DNA from: Candidatus Poribacteria bacterium
GTDB lineage: Bacteria > Poribacteria > WGA-4E > WGA-3G
Direction of reading: 5' to 3'
Assembly (NCBI GenBank): GCA_965214095.1
Contig: OZ243938.1
Span: 206,482 to 270,481, forward strand
DNA: 64,000 bases
The notes beneath the pieces were generated by a model. That model worked only from the letters and a program-made list of their open reading frames with translations, was not told the DNA's origin and searched no databases. Below, piece after piece: positions 29,550-39,881 of the stretch (position 1 is its first letter; every line of letters starts with the position of its first letter). Made by a program: the position numbers and the translations under genes.

Positions 29550-30722
29550 TTGGACAGCCCTATATTCGCCAAGCGTATGAGCCGCTTGGGAACAGAATCG
29601 GCATTTGAGGTGTTAGCCAAAGCCAAGAGTTTAGAAGCACAAGGTAAAGACATTATACATTTAGAAATTGGTCAACCTGACTTTACGACCCCAATGAATG
29701 TATGTGAAGCAGCATTCAAGGCAATGAAAGATGGGCACACAGGTTATTGTCCATCCGCTGGAATACCTGAATTCCGTGAAGTTGTCGCACAACATATCGG
29801 TGAAACTCGTAATATTGATATTCACCCAGACGAAGTTACAGTAACACCTGGCGCAAAACCGATCATCTTTTTTACTATCTTAGCATTAGTGGATGATGGT
29901 GATGAAGTAATCTATCCGGAACCAGGTTTTCCTGTTTATGAATCAGTGATTGATTTTATCGGTGGTAAAGCAATTCCTCTTCCACTCCGTGAAGAAGTTG
30001 ATTTTCGATTCCGAATTGAAGATCTTATAGACAGAATCACAGACCGAACAAAACTATTGATCCTCAATTCTCCCCAAAATCCTACCGGTGGCATCCTAAC
30101 AGAATCTGACCTAACTGATATAGCAGAACTTGCACAGAAACATAACTTTTATATTCTTACCGATGAAGTTTACTCGCGTTTACTCTATGAAGGAACGCAT
30201 CAAAGCATCATAAGCCTACCAGGTTTGAAAGAGAAGACAATATTAATTGATGGACATTCAAAGACTTATGCTATGACTGGTTGGCGATTAGGATACGGTG
30301 TTGCCCCTCGCGAGATTGCAGATAAGATAACACGATTGACCATCAACTCAAATTCATGCACAGCCACTTTCACACAATATGCAGGTATAGAAGCATTGGT
30401 AGGACCTCAGACGTTCGTAACACAGATGGTAGCAGAGTTTAGAAAACGCCGTGATGTCATTGTAGATGGATTAAATGCTATTGACGGTATTTCCTGTGTC
30501 AAACCACTCGGTTCATTTTATGTTTTTCCGAATGTATCAAAACTACCACTTTCATGTGAAGAACTTGCTGATTATATAATGAATGAGGTAGGCGTTGCGT
30601 TATTACCCGGCACAGCATTTGGGAAGTACGGTGATGGGTATCTTAGACTTTCTTATGCAAATTCTTTAGAAAATATAGAAGATGCCCTCAACAGAATACA
30701 AACTGCTGTTTCCAAGTTGTAG
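29550..30722 (+). CDS. Class I/II PLP-dependent aminotransferase (aspartate aminotransferase-like)
   Basis: TTG start with AAAGGAGGT SD. PLP-lysine motif HSKTYAMTGWRLGY. Confidence 0.75.
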   Translation: MDSPIFAKRMSRLGTESAFEVLAKAKSLEAQGKDIIHLEIGQPDFTTPMNVCEAAFKAMKDGHTGYCPSAGIPEFREVVAQHIGETRNIDIHPDEVTVTPGAKPIIFFTILALVDDGDEVIYPEPGFPVYESVIDFIGGKAIPLPLREEVDFRFRIEDLIDRITDRTKLLILNSPQNPTGGILTESDLTDIAELAQKHNFYILTDEVYSRLLYEGTHQSIISLPGLKEKTILIDGHSKTYAMTGWRLGYGVAPREIADKITRLTINSNSCTATFTQYAGIEALVGPQTFVTQMVAEFRKRRDVIVDGLNAIDGISCVKPLGSFYVFPNVSKLPLSCEELADYIMNEVGVALLPGTAFGKYGDGYLRLSYANSLENIEDALNRIQTAVSKL

Positions 30723-30742
30723 ACAGATTTAGGATATATAAA

Positions 30743-31651
30743 ATGTCTCAGAAAGCGACAGCGCGAATTCCCGCAAGCACAACAAATCTTGGACCCGGGT
30801 TTGATGTACTGGGATTAGCACTGCAACTTTATAGCACCGTTTCATTGGAAATCACAAAAAATGAAACAGATGTTATTGTCAGTGGTGTAGATGTTGATAA
30901 GATACCAAGCACAACGGAACACATTGCTTTTCGTGCGGTAGAATACGTTTTTCAAAGTTGCGGACAACAACTACCTAATGGCTTAATATTGAACATTGCT
31001 AACGGTATTCCTGCTATACGGGGTTTAGGCGGCAGTGGTACTGCTATCCTTGGCGGGTTGTTAACAGCAAATGTTTTATGTGGTAATCCGTTTTCTCGTT
31101 CAGAACTACTCAATTTTGCCTCAGCAATTGAAGGGCATCCAGACAATGTTGCTGCTTCTTTGCTTGGAGGTCTGGTTATATCGGTACAAGAAAATGACCA
31201 TATCCATACAATAAAGATACCATGCGATCCTACTTTACACATTGTACTCGCTATCCCTGAATTCACATTGTCTACTCAGAAAGCGCGTGACATTTTACCC
31301 AAAAAAGTAGAATTTGCAGATGCTATATATAACATAAGTCGAAGTTCACTACTTGTGGCAAGTATAGCATCTGGAAAATTAGACATTCTTTCAACTGCGA
31401 TGTCTGATAAACTTCATCAACCATATCGCAGCAGAATTATCCCTGGATTTAATGATGTCGTTGATGCAGCAACTTCTGCAGGAGCTCTGAGCACTGCATT
31501 AAGTGGCGCGGGACCAACAATTGCGGCCTACTGCATTGATAACATGCAGGAAGTTGGTATTAGCATGCAGGAAGCATTTAGTGATAACGACATCCGTTGT
31601 GAAATAAAGATATTGAGTGCAGATCTGGATGGGGCAAAAGTGTGGACATAA
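30743..31651 (+). CDS. thrB: Homoserine kinase-like GHMP kinase
   Basis: PASTTNLGPGFD GHMP motif. ~300 aa. Confidence 0.6.
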   Translation: MSQKATARIPASTTNLGPGFDVLGLALQLYSTVSLEITKNETDVIVSGVDVDKIPSTTEHIAFRAVEYVFQSCGQQLPNGLILNIANGIPAIRGLGGSGTAILGGLLTANVLCGNPFSRSELLNFASAIEGHPDNVAASLLGGLVISVQENDHIHTIKIPCDPTLHIVLAIPEFTLSTQKARDILPKKVEFADAIYNISRSSLLVASIASGKLDILSTAMSDKLHQPYRSRIIPGFNDVVDAATSAGALSTALSGAGPTIAAYCIDNMQEVGISMQEAFSDNDIRCEIKILSADLDGAKVWT

Positions 31652-31775
31652 TACCAATTCTGAAAGTTAAAGTCGCATTAGGAGTTTATTAGTCGTTGTA
31701 AATGTACGAGACGCAATGGATTGCGCTTGGTGAATGTGCTTATGACATTACATTGAACCAGTTATTTCTCTAAGG
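31649..31775 (+). repeat. Family-3 post-stop repeat, long form (taataccaattctgaaagttaaagtcgcattagga ... gagacgcaatggattgcgc ... gaaccagtt)
   Basis: The 5' module matches 51759-51808. The palindrome core and 3' module match 12117-12200. Confidence 0.55.
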
Positions 31776-31841
31776 GTATGTTCTCAATTACAAACACTAT
31801 AAGATGACAGTATCATAATTTGAAATCATAAGAAACAAGCA

Positions 31842-34583
31842 TTGTTAGGAAAAAATATGTCTAATTTCTATGCAGAAACAATTTCTTTTCTGCAGAACCA
31901 GTTCAATACAGATTTAGAATCTGGCTTGAGTCACGCTGAAGTTGAAAAGTTAAGAGTAGAACACGGTGAAAATGTCTCAATGTCCAAATTCAAATCTTGG
32001 AATATGTCATCTTATCTTGAGCAGGTATTCAACTGGAGATTATTATTACTGGTACTTACCTCAGTACTTTTCGGTATTGCTGGTGACTTATATGGTACAA
32101 TTCTCATTGGTACAATTGCAATTATTTCACTATTGTGGGCAACAGTTGTGGCAATTAGTTCTCAGATTAGACAAAAACACCTTCAAAAGCAATTCAACTA
32201 CAAAGTATCTGTAATCCGGCAAGGCAAGCAAGAACAGTGTCATCCATCAGACATTGTTCCGGGGGACCTTCTTGTACTTAGGCAGGGGAACTATATTCCC
32301 GCTGATGCCCGAATAATACAAGCGGATGGACTATTTGTTGATGAGTCAAGTTTGTTTGGAAGTAGTGGTGCTGCGAAAAAAGATGTTAAAGAAATAACTG
32401 AAACTGGTATCCCACCTGAACAACAGACAAACATGGTTTTTGGTGGTACTTTTGTTGACGCAGGAGTTGGGAATGCAATTGTCGTCAGAACGGCTGATGA
32501 GATGGAAATGTATAAGATAAATACAGAAAACCGTCAGATGCCTAAAGAAATGACTGGTGATGAAAACCAATTAAAGTTTTGTAAAGACATATTGATATTT
32601 GCTGGTCTGGTCGTCGGGACAATTGCTGTCGCAATCTCATGGTGGCAACAATCCTCGCTAAATCCCACTACCAATTGGATACAATATGTTCAAATCGTGT
32701 TGATATTTGCTTTAGCTGCGACACCCTATAACTTATCTTTACTATTGAATACCATTATAGATCGTAGATCTTTTGGCTTGACCAAAAGAGGATTGGTGTT
32801 ACGAAATAGCAAAGATTTTGAGAAGTTAAACCGGCTCACTGCTTTCTGTTCTGATGAACAAGGCATTGTAAGTACACAATCTCTGACAATTTCCAATATC
32901 TTTGTGGATGAACAAATTGTTAATCGGTCAACATGGGAAAAATGGTTGACATCACTTGAATCACATCCATCGGATGAAATAAGTGAACGTGTTAGTAATA
33001 TATCACCTGGATTTCATATTCCGCAAGGTGCCCCAGGTTTGGTATTGACCGCCGGTTTGGGTACATCTGGGGAACGATACTATGATAGGAATAACACAGA
33101 ACAATCACATCAACAAGTTATACATGCTGCTGTGGAAAAACTCGGATACCAATTGAATACTATAAAATCTAATATGCAGCTTGTTACAGAATACCCTTGG
33201 ACTGCAAACTTTGGATTTGAACTTCATGTATTTAAATCTGGGGATGATGAGTATTTGAATATTATAGTTGGTGATGCAGGCGATGTCTTGGAAGCAAGTG
33301 ATTCTATCCTTGTTAATGGGGAAATAACGGAGTTTTCTTACGAACAATTTGAAAATTGTAATGAAATCCTAAAATACATGAAAAACTCCAGAGAACATGT
33401 CTTCGGTATAGCCTCTGTACATTCTGAAATGCCATTGTCCCCTCCTGAAGTTCAGGGAGTATCAACTTTTTTAGGGTTCATCAGTTTTTCTGCTACAGAT
33501 AAGAAAGAGACTATTTCGGTGATTAAGTCTTTCCTTGACACCGGCATTAAGGTCATTCTGATTAGCGAAGTAGATGAACAGACAACCACAGATTTGGCAA
33601 GAGAACTTGGACTTGCACACACCCGAAACGCCGTTGCAACAAGAGAAGAACTCATAAATCTTACAACACAAGAGTTTGATCGTGAAGTGCCAAATTTGAG
33701 CGCATATTCTCAACCGACGCAAGAACAGAGACGTAACATTGTTCGCAGTTTGAAGCGGCATGATAATTCGGTAGGATATTTAGGTCAAAGTTCTATTGAT
33801 CAACGGGCAATGATTGCAGCGGATATCGCATTTGCTGATACAAGATATGCAACACATTACGCACAAGACCACGCGGATTGTCTGATAATTGACAAAGGTT
33901 TTAAGTCAGTAAAAGAATGTATGATATATGCGCGTGAAGTATATCTAAACCTTTCAGGAACATTGCGGTGGTGTCTTTCTTGCACAATCGCTCAATTCTT
34001 AGTAGTGATTTTCGGTTTGATCTTACACACTGGGTTTAATTATGAAATGCCACTCTCACTGAAACAGGTCGTTTGGGTGCAATTCTTGACAACACTGCTG
34101 CCAGCCATCGGGTTAGGCTATGAGAAACTGTTTGTAGATTCTAAACATTACAATACCAGTAGAACGACTTCTTTACTACCGAAGACTGCAGTGTTTGATA
34201 TTGTGTGCAGAAGTGTTGTTATCAGTTTGATGACAATTATACATTTCTTAGTAATTACATTTACATCGGAAGAATTTAATCTATTAGAGGCACAATCAGC
34301 AACATGCACAACGCTTTTCTTTACACAAGTGGTTTCCTACTTCCAATGTATGCGCTATCCGTGGGAGTCACTCTTCAAAAGGATGTTTGTCAACATTCGG
34401 CTATTATTTGTTTTTATACTGGTAATTGGACTTTATATGGCTGGTATGTATATTGAATTCATACATTCTATAATTGGTATCGTTCCACTTCAAAAGGATT
34501 GGATAATCACTGGTTTGTGTAGTATTATTTTGCTGTTATTACCACTAAATTTGGCTATTAATCCTCGTAAAGATATGATTTAA
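31842..34583 (+). CDS. P-type (E1-E2) ATPase homolog with degenerate catalytic motifs; likely a pseudo-ATPase
   Basis: N-terminal cation-ATPase domain and the M4 region align to SERCA-type pumps, but PEGL is PYNL, DKTGT is DEQGI, DPPR is TDKK, TGD is SEVD, and GDGVND is GQSSID. Confidence 0.65.
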   Translation: MLGKNMSNFYAETISFLQNQFNTDLESGLSHAEVEKLRVEHGENVSMSKFKSWNMSSYLEQVFNWRLLLLVLTSVLFGIAGDLYGTILIGTIAIISLLWATVVAISSQIRQKHLQKQFNYKVSVIRQGKQEQCHPSDIVPGDLLVLRQGNYIPADARIIQADGLFVDESSLFGSSGAAKKDVKEITETGIPPEQQTNMVFGGTFVDAGVGNAIVVRTADEMEMYKINTENRQMPKEMTGDENQLKFCKDILIFAGLVVGTIAVAISWWQQSSLNPTTNWIQYVQIVLIFALAATPYNLSLLLNTIIDRRSFGLTKRGLVLRNSKDFEKLNRLTAFCSDEQGIVSTQSLTISNIFVDEQIVNRSTWEKWLTSLESHPSDEISERVSNISPGFHIPQGAPGLVLTAGLGTSGERYYDRNNTEQSHQQVIHAAVEKLGYQLNTIKSNMQLVTEYPWTANFGFELHVFKSGDDEYLNIIVGDAGDVLEASDSILVNGEITEFSYEQFENCNEILKYMKNSREHVFGIASVHSEMPLSPPEVQGVSTFLGFISFSATDKKETISVIKSFLDTGIKVILISEVDEQTTTDLARELGLAHTRNAVATREELINLTTQEFDREVPNLSAYSQPTQEQRRNIVRSLKRHDNSVGYLGQSSIDQRAMIAADIAFADTRYATHYAQDHADCLIIDKGFKSVKECMIYAREVYLNLSGTLRWCLSCTIAQFLVVIFGLILHTGFNYEMPLSLKQVVWVQFLTTLLPAIGLGYEKLFVDSKHYNTSRTTSLLPKTAVFDIVCRSVVISLMTIIHFLVITFTSEEFNLLEAQSATCTTLFFTQVVSYFQCMRYPWESLFKRMFVNIRLLFVFILVIGLYMAGMYIEFIHSIIGIVPLQKDWIITGLCSIILLLLPLNLAINPRKDMI

Positions 34584-36529
34584 ACCCAGAACCCGTAGGT
34601 CGGTATTCCACCGATAATTCCGATAATTGTCCAGATACTTCCAATTGTGAACTCACCAAGGATTAAACCTAAAAAGAATGGGGCTACCTTCCGATACCTT
34701 ACGGGTCCACCATATTTTAGAATGATTAATTTGATAAGCCAACTCATGAATAAACAACCCCAAGTAACGTTCATACCCCAACTTGTTGAAATGGCAAATC
34801 CTGCTGGATGAAAGGGCCACCAAACAAACCGCATTCTAAATAGCATCAAAAAGGTTGTCATCAAATACCCGAACACTGTAAAAGCAGTTTCAGGAACAAG
34901 TGTCCCAGTTGGTGATTGTAACCAACCTGTGAGTCTTCTGTAAGGTTCAATACCGAAAGCACTCAAGGATGGTGAAGGGGCACGAACTTCCATACCTAAC
35001 TGATAACCTCGGTCAATTAATGCCCAGAATCCTGCTAAAGAACCTAATGCAGCTGCAAACATCAATGCAAAAACAATGCGTCGCATTGACATATTCGTCC
35101 GTTCTATTATCTTGAAACCTTCCAATTGATGGGGCATCGGGTGGCTGCGGTAGGCACGGTTGATAAACCAAAACAGTGAGAACATCACAAGGTTTTCTCT
35201 GCCTAACTTACGGGTACCCACAACTCTTGTTAGGATCTGATCAGGGCCCGCATAATGAAGATCGTGAACAGGTGTTCCTAACTCAGCACGCATGCGTGTG
35301 ATAGCAATAGAAATCATATAATAAATTACAAAGAAAACAAACATAATACCGATGTTTGCACCACCGTAGTAACAAAATACGACCAAGAATAATATTGCCA
35401 TGATCAATCCGAATACTGCACCTCTATACGAAAGTGGGCCCTCTTTTGCTTGTGAGTTGTCTCTACTAAAAATCATCCGCCCAACCCAAAGCAGATGTCG
35501 TCTACTTGCCCAAATAGCAAGAACGCACAATGCAAGATACCCACCAGACGCTTGCTCGTTAAGATATGGGAATCTTGGTAGACTTCTAAATCCGAACATC
35601 GCTCCAACGACACGCAATATCCGCCAATACCAGAAGAAAAACCAACAGGAAAATGAAAGGTCAAGAGGAATAAAAAAACCGAGTCCAATTGCAAATGGAT
35701 ATAGTGAAAAAGGGATATTACCCATCGCATTCCAAGGACTGTCAGTGAAAATTCGGTAACTCCGATTCCGGGTAGGTAACTCCGGAAAAAAAGGATACAA
35801 GAAACTTAACCCATTCCACAAGGCTAAACCACCTGCAATACAGAATCCCACCCACATAACCTTATTCTTAAAGAAGTTGTTATGGGCAGCACCAGTCAAT
35901 TGAAGCGGAAGATGGATTATCGGGTAGCTTAGTTTTTCATACTCTATCCACTGTTTTCTAATGATGATGTTGATGCAGAGCATACCAAATACTAATACAC
36001 CGATGAAGACTGTCCACCACAGAACGGGTGTTGCCCAACCGAGTAGCGTTTGATATGTATAGAGCGGTAAGTCACCTTCATAGTAACCCCGTAGTAATTC
36101 ACTGTTACGGACAGTAAGCCATTCCGGTAGATAAGGAAGGAACAGCTGCTGCCATTCATTCTCTGGAGTTGCGAAGCGAAACGCATGTCCCAACATCGGC
36201 ACTAATATCTCAAGCATATCGTGACCAGTAATTCCGGATGCAATAGAAAGCATCAAATAGACAACTACCAATTCACTCTGTGCTAATGCTAAAGGAGGGA
36301 GGACTCGTTTCAACAGTTGGTTGAGACCTATTATAACAAACAGAGAAAATATTACATTGAAAAAGAGGGAAATCGTGACAGGATGTCCTGAATAACGGAT
36401 TACCTCCATCTCAATCACCCAATAACAGTTGATCGGTATGAGGATGGCAGCGATAAGGATAGATTTGATAGTAACCCCGTGGGGAGGAATCTGTGAAGGA
36501 TTAAATGCCGGGGTCTGTTGTATTTCCAT
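34580..36529 (-). CDS. Polytopic integral membrane protein (649 aa), unknown family
   Basis: Many hydrophobic helices. Stop shares the TTAA tetranucleotide with the convergent ATPase-homolog stop. Confidence 0.6.
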   Translation of the reverse strand: MEIQQTPAFNPSQIPPHGVTIKSILIAAILIPINCYWVIEMEVIRYSGHPVTISLFFNVIFSLFVIIGLNQLLKRVLPPLALAQSELVVVYLMLSIASGITGHDMLEILVPMLGHAFRFATPENEWQQLFLPYLPEWLTVRNSELLRGYYEGDLPLYTYQTLLGWATPVLWWTVFIGVLVFGMLCINIIIRKQWIEYEKLSYPIIHLPLQLTGAAHNNFFKNKVMWVGFCIAGGLALWNGLSFLYPFFPELPTRNRSYRIFTDSPWNAMGNIPFSLYPFAIGLGFFIPLDLSFSCWFFFWYWRILRVVGAMFGFRSLPRFPYLNEQASGGYLALCVLAIWASRRHLLWVGRMIFSRDNSQAKEGPLSYRGAVFGLIMAILFLVVFCYYGGANIGIMFVFFVIYYMISIAITRMRAELGTPVHDLHYAGPDQILTRVVGTRKLGRENLVMFSLFWFINRAYRSHPMPHQLEGFKIIERTNMSMRRIVFALMFAAALGSLAGFWALIDRGYQLGMEVRAPSPSLSAFGIEPYRRLTGWLQSPTGTLVPETAFTVFGYLMTTFLMLFRMRFVWWPFHPAGFAISTSWGMNVTWGCLFMSWLIKLIILKYGGPVRYRKVAPFFLGLILGEFTIGSIWTIIGIIGGIPTYGFWV

Positions 36530-36819
36530 GTAGTTTTAGATTCAATAGTTATACAAGTTTTATGTAGTCTACAGTATTATGAGTAGCTTGTCAACACCTT
36601 TATGTGTGTAGCCAGAGGCATTTAACGTTAGTGAATAATATTAAACAGAAAGCCGAAAACTAAATAATCTTGCTCCTATACTTTATCTTTTTCTTAACAA
36701 TGTAATTGTGGTATAATTGAGATATTCACAAATAGTGACAATCTATAACAACAAAAGTCCTAAAACAAACCTATTTGACTATAGGAACAATATAAAGAAA
36801 CACCATCTCAAGAAAATCA

Positions 36820-37623
36820 ATGAATCCTTTCAAATATCTAAAACATCAAGCGGAAAGACGTTTCTATAGAGCGTATCAAAAACAGCTGGAGGCAGAAGCA
36901 GGTACGTGGAATATCCCACGTCATATCGGTGTTATTCTCGATGGAAACAGACGGTACGCTAAAGCAACGGGGTTAGATAATGTGATTAAGGGACATTACG
37001 AAGGGGCAGATAAACTTGAGGAAGTACTTAGCTGGTGCGATGAACTTGGTGTAGAAATCTTTTCAATATGGATTTTTTCTCTTGATAACTTCAACCGCGC
37101 TGATGATGAGGTAGAAGGAATTTTGGGATTAATTGAAAGGAAAATGCGTGAGTTAGTTACAATCAAGGGACTTCACAAAAATAAAATTAAGGTGCGTGCA
37201 ATGGGACAGATTGAACGTCTACCGCAAAGTCTTCAAGAAGCAATTCGTCAAGCAGAGGAAGCGACTAAAGATTATGACAAATTTATCCTGAATGTCGCTG
37301 TTGCCTACGGAGGACGTGAGGAGATAATTGATGCAGTCAGAGGACACTTAAAGGCGGAAATACAAAAAGGAAAAGATGCCCTTCAAATTGCTGATGAATT
37401 AAGTGTTGATACAATTGCACCATATCTATACACCTCAAATCTTCCGGATCCTGAGTTAATCATCCGGACAAGTGGAGAGGTGCGGCTATCTGGATTTTTG
37501 TTATGGCAGAGCGTATATTCCGAATTTTATTTCTGCGATACCTATTGGCCCTCATTTAGGAAGATTGACTTTCTACGTGCAATACGAGACTATAGCCATC
37601 GTAAACGACGATTTGGGAAATAA
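36820..37623 (+). CDS. uppS: Isoprenyl transferase (UppS / cis-prenyltransferase family)
   Basis: HIGVILDGNRRYA and the C-terminal RFG motif. Confidence 0.75.
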   Translation: MNPFKYLKHQAERRFYRAYQKQLEAEAGTWNIPRHIGVILDGNRRYAKATGLDNVIKGHYEGADKLEEVLSWCDELGVEIFSIWIFSLDNFNRADDEVEGILGLIERKMRELVTIKGLHKNKIKVRAMGQIERLPQSLQEAIRQAEEATKDYDKFILNVAVAYGGREEIIDAVRGHLKAEIQKGKDALQIADELSVDTIAPYLYTSNLPDPELIIRTSGEVRLSGFLLWQSVYSEFYFCDTYWPSFRKIDFLRAIRDYSHRKRRFGK

Positions 37624-37697
37624 GGAGGAACCAGATTTGGATAGATTATTAATTGTGATTGGCGAATATGCTTTACATCTAATAATATAAGGAGCGT

Positions 37698-38468
37698 TTG
37701 ATGCGGTTTGGAATATGCACAGGTTTAGATAATGTGAATCGTCTTGCTGAAGTCGGATATGATTATATTGAATTGGGTGTGAGAAGTGCGTTGATGCCCG
37801 AAGCAGATGAGACAGAATTTGAAAAAATAAGAGAACGTGTAACTAATGCACCTATAAAACCTGAAGCTTATGCAGGTTTTATTCCCAGAGATATTCGGGT
37901 CGTCGGGGACTCCGTGGATTTTACAAGACTTTCTCGGTATGTAGAAAATGCATGTCGCAGAGCAAAACAAATTGGTGGTAAAGTTATCGTATACGGTAGC
38001 AGTGGTTCTCGGAATGTTGAAGATGGATATTCTGAAGAACGTGCATTAACACAGATCGCAGAATTCCTTGATATGTCAGCAGATCATGCTGAAGACAACG
38101 ATATGATAATTGCTATCGAACCGATTTGTATGAAAGAGGGGAACATATTACGGACGGTTGCTGACGGTCTTGCAATGGCGAAACGGGTCAATAGGTATGG
38201 AATAAAGGTATTGGCAGATCTCTATCACGTTTGGCAAGAGGACGAACCTATGCAGAACATCGTTGATGCGGCATCATATTTGGCACATGTCCATATTGCT
38301 GAACCCGTCAAAAGATCATATCCCGGTAGCGATGATTTTGATTTTTCAGAGTTCTTTGCCGCATTAAAGAATGCGGGATACAACGGTCGGGTCTCATGTG
38401 AATGCAAATTTGACGATTTTGAGGCTGACATTGAAACTGCTTTGAAAACGATGAAGAGTTATACATGA
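37698..38468 (+). CDS. Sugar phosphate isomerase/epimerase (xylose isomerase-like TIM barrel)
   Basis: AP-endonuclease-2 / TIM-barrel pattern with conserved E...H...E. Confidence 0.55.
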   Translation: MMRFGICTGLDNVNRLAEVGYDYIELGVRSALMPEADETEFEKIRERVTNAPIKPEAYAGFIPRDIRVVGDSVDFTRLSRYVENACRRAKQIGGKVIVYGSSGSRNVEDGYSEERALTQIAEFLDMSADHAEDNDMIIAIEPICMKEGNILRTVADGLAMAKRVNRYGIKVLADLYHVWQEDEPMQNIVDAASYLAHVHIAEPVKRSYPGSDDFDFSEFFAALKNAGYNGRVSCECKFDDFEADIETALKTMKSYT

Positions 38469-38477
38469 GAATCACAT

Positions 38478-39440
38478 TTGGAGGTGGCGTTTATTCTCAG
38501 AAGTGAAGAAGGCAGAGTGATTCGTGCACGAGCAGGGTTTTATGATGTTCAGCACGGTGAGCTTGTGCTACGATGCACAATGCGAGGCACATTAAAGAAG
38601 AGACGACGGTCTGAATCTGGTCGGAGGCTATATGCGGATCCGGTCGCAGTCGGTGATCGTGTTGTTTTCTCTCAACTTGATCACGAAGAAGGTGTTGTAG
38701 AGGAGATCCTTCCCCGACAGACAAAGTTTTCACGGCGATACGCTGGAAGGCAAGAAGAAATAGAACAACTGATCGTTGCAAATGCAGACCAAGTTGTTGC
38801 GGTTGTTTCAGCACGCATGCCACCGCTCAACTTTCGCACGTTAGATCGATTTCTTATTTTAGCGGAAGCAGGAGAAATGAAAGCCATAATCTGCTTAAAT
38901 AAAATTGACTTGATGGATTCAGCACAGCGTGACCATATCACCGCAACTTTTGAAATCTATGAGAAACTCGGATATAAAGTCTTCTATACGAGTATCAAAA
39001 AACCTGAAAGTGTTGATTCCTTACAGAATGTCTTAAAAGATAAATTCAGTGTAATAGTAGGTGCGTCAGGGGTAGGAAAATCAAGTATTCTAAATGCTAT
39101 TCAACCTGATCTTGAATTACGGACAGGTGAGGTCGGTGAAAAAACACGAAAAGGAAGACACACAACGACATTGGTTGAGTTGTTCACACTTGATATTGGA
39201 GGGGAAGTTGCAGACACACCCGGAATCCGAGAAGTCGGTTTGTGGGGTGTTGATACAGAATATCTTGAATACTATTTCCCAGAGATGGAACCGTTTATTG
39301 GGAAATGTAGATACAACGACTGTGCCCATGTCAAAGAGTCTGATTGTGCTATTCAGACAGCAGTTGAATCAGGAGATATACATCCTGAACGTTATCGGAG
39401 TTACGTCGTCCTAAAAACAGATGATACTATAACAAATTGA
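38478..39440 (+). CDS. rsgA: Ribosome small-subunit-dependent GTPase A
   Basis: Circularly permuted GTPase (NKIDL, GASGVGKSS) and a C-terminal zinc finger (CRYNDCAHVKESDC). TTG start; alternative GTG 6 nt downstream. Confidence 0.7.
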   Translation: MEVAFILRSEEGRVIRARAGFYDVQHGELVLRCTMRGTLKKRRRSESGRRLYADPVAVGDRVVFSQLDHEEGVVEEILPRQTKFSRRYAGRQEEIEQLIVANADQVVAVVSARMPPLNFRTLDRFLILAEAGEMKAIICLNKIDLMDSAQRDHITATFEIYEKLGYKVFYTSIKKPESVDSLQNVLKDKFSVIVGASGVGKSSILNAIQPDLELRTGEVGEKTRKGRHTTTLVELFTLDIGGEVADTPGIREVGLWGVDTEYLEYYFPEMEPFIGKCRYNDCAHVKESDCAIQTAVESGDIHPERYRSYVVLKTDDTITN

Positions 39441-39449
39441 GGAGAACAA

Positions 39450-39881
39450 ATGAAACATCATATAAGCGTTTTCAGCATAGTAATGCTTTTCATTTTCACA
39501 TTCTATCTTATCGGTTGTGGTACTGACGATGAAGATACTGAACCAGCTAATAGTTCACCTATAGTTGACAGTTTTATAGTCCCAGAAGAATTCAATCCAG
39601 GGGATGTACTTGAATTTAAGGTGATTGCTCATGACGAAGATGGAGATACACTTAGTTACACTTGGGAAGTAGATGGTGAAATATTGGAATCTACCGGCAC
39701 AAGTGCAAAATGGACAGCACCTGAAGATGTTGAATCAGTTAAAGTCACAGTGCATATCAGTGATGGAGTAAGTAAAACCGTAAAAAGAGTTAAAACGGTC
39801 ACAAATAAAGAATTTGTTCCTCCCGATCCGGTTGATATCCGACTGATGGAGAAATTGATACAGTGCCGGATCCACCCTTAA
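39450..39881 (+). CDS. Lipoprotein with an Ig/PKD-like module
   Basis: Lipobox YLIGC. TLSYTWEVDGE PKD-like motif. May continue into the next ORF after a +1 shift. Confidence 0.45.
   Translation: MKHHISVFSIVMLFIFTFYLIGCGTDDEDTEPANSSPIVDSFIVPEEFNPGDVLEFKVIAHDEDGDTLSYTWEVDGEILESTGTSAKWTAPEDVESVKVTVHISDGVSKTVKRVKTVTNKEFVPPDPVDIRLMEKLIQCRIHP

Noticed and set aside
34580-34583. Functional significance of the shared TTAA at the convergent stops of the ATPase homolog and the 649-aa membrane protein
   Set aside because: Palindromic TTAA trivially encodes TAA on both strands. It indicates tight packing, not a regulatory feature.
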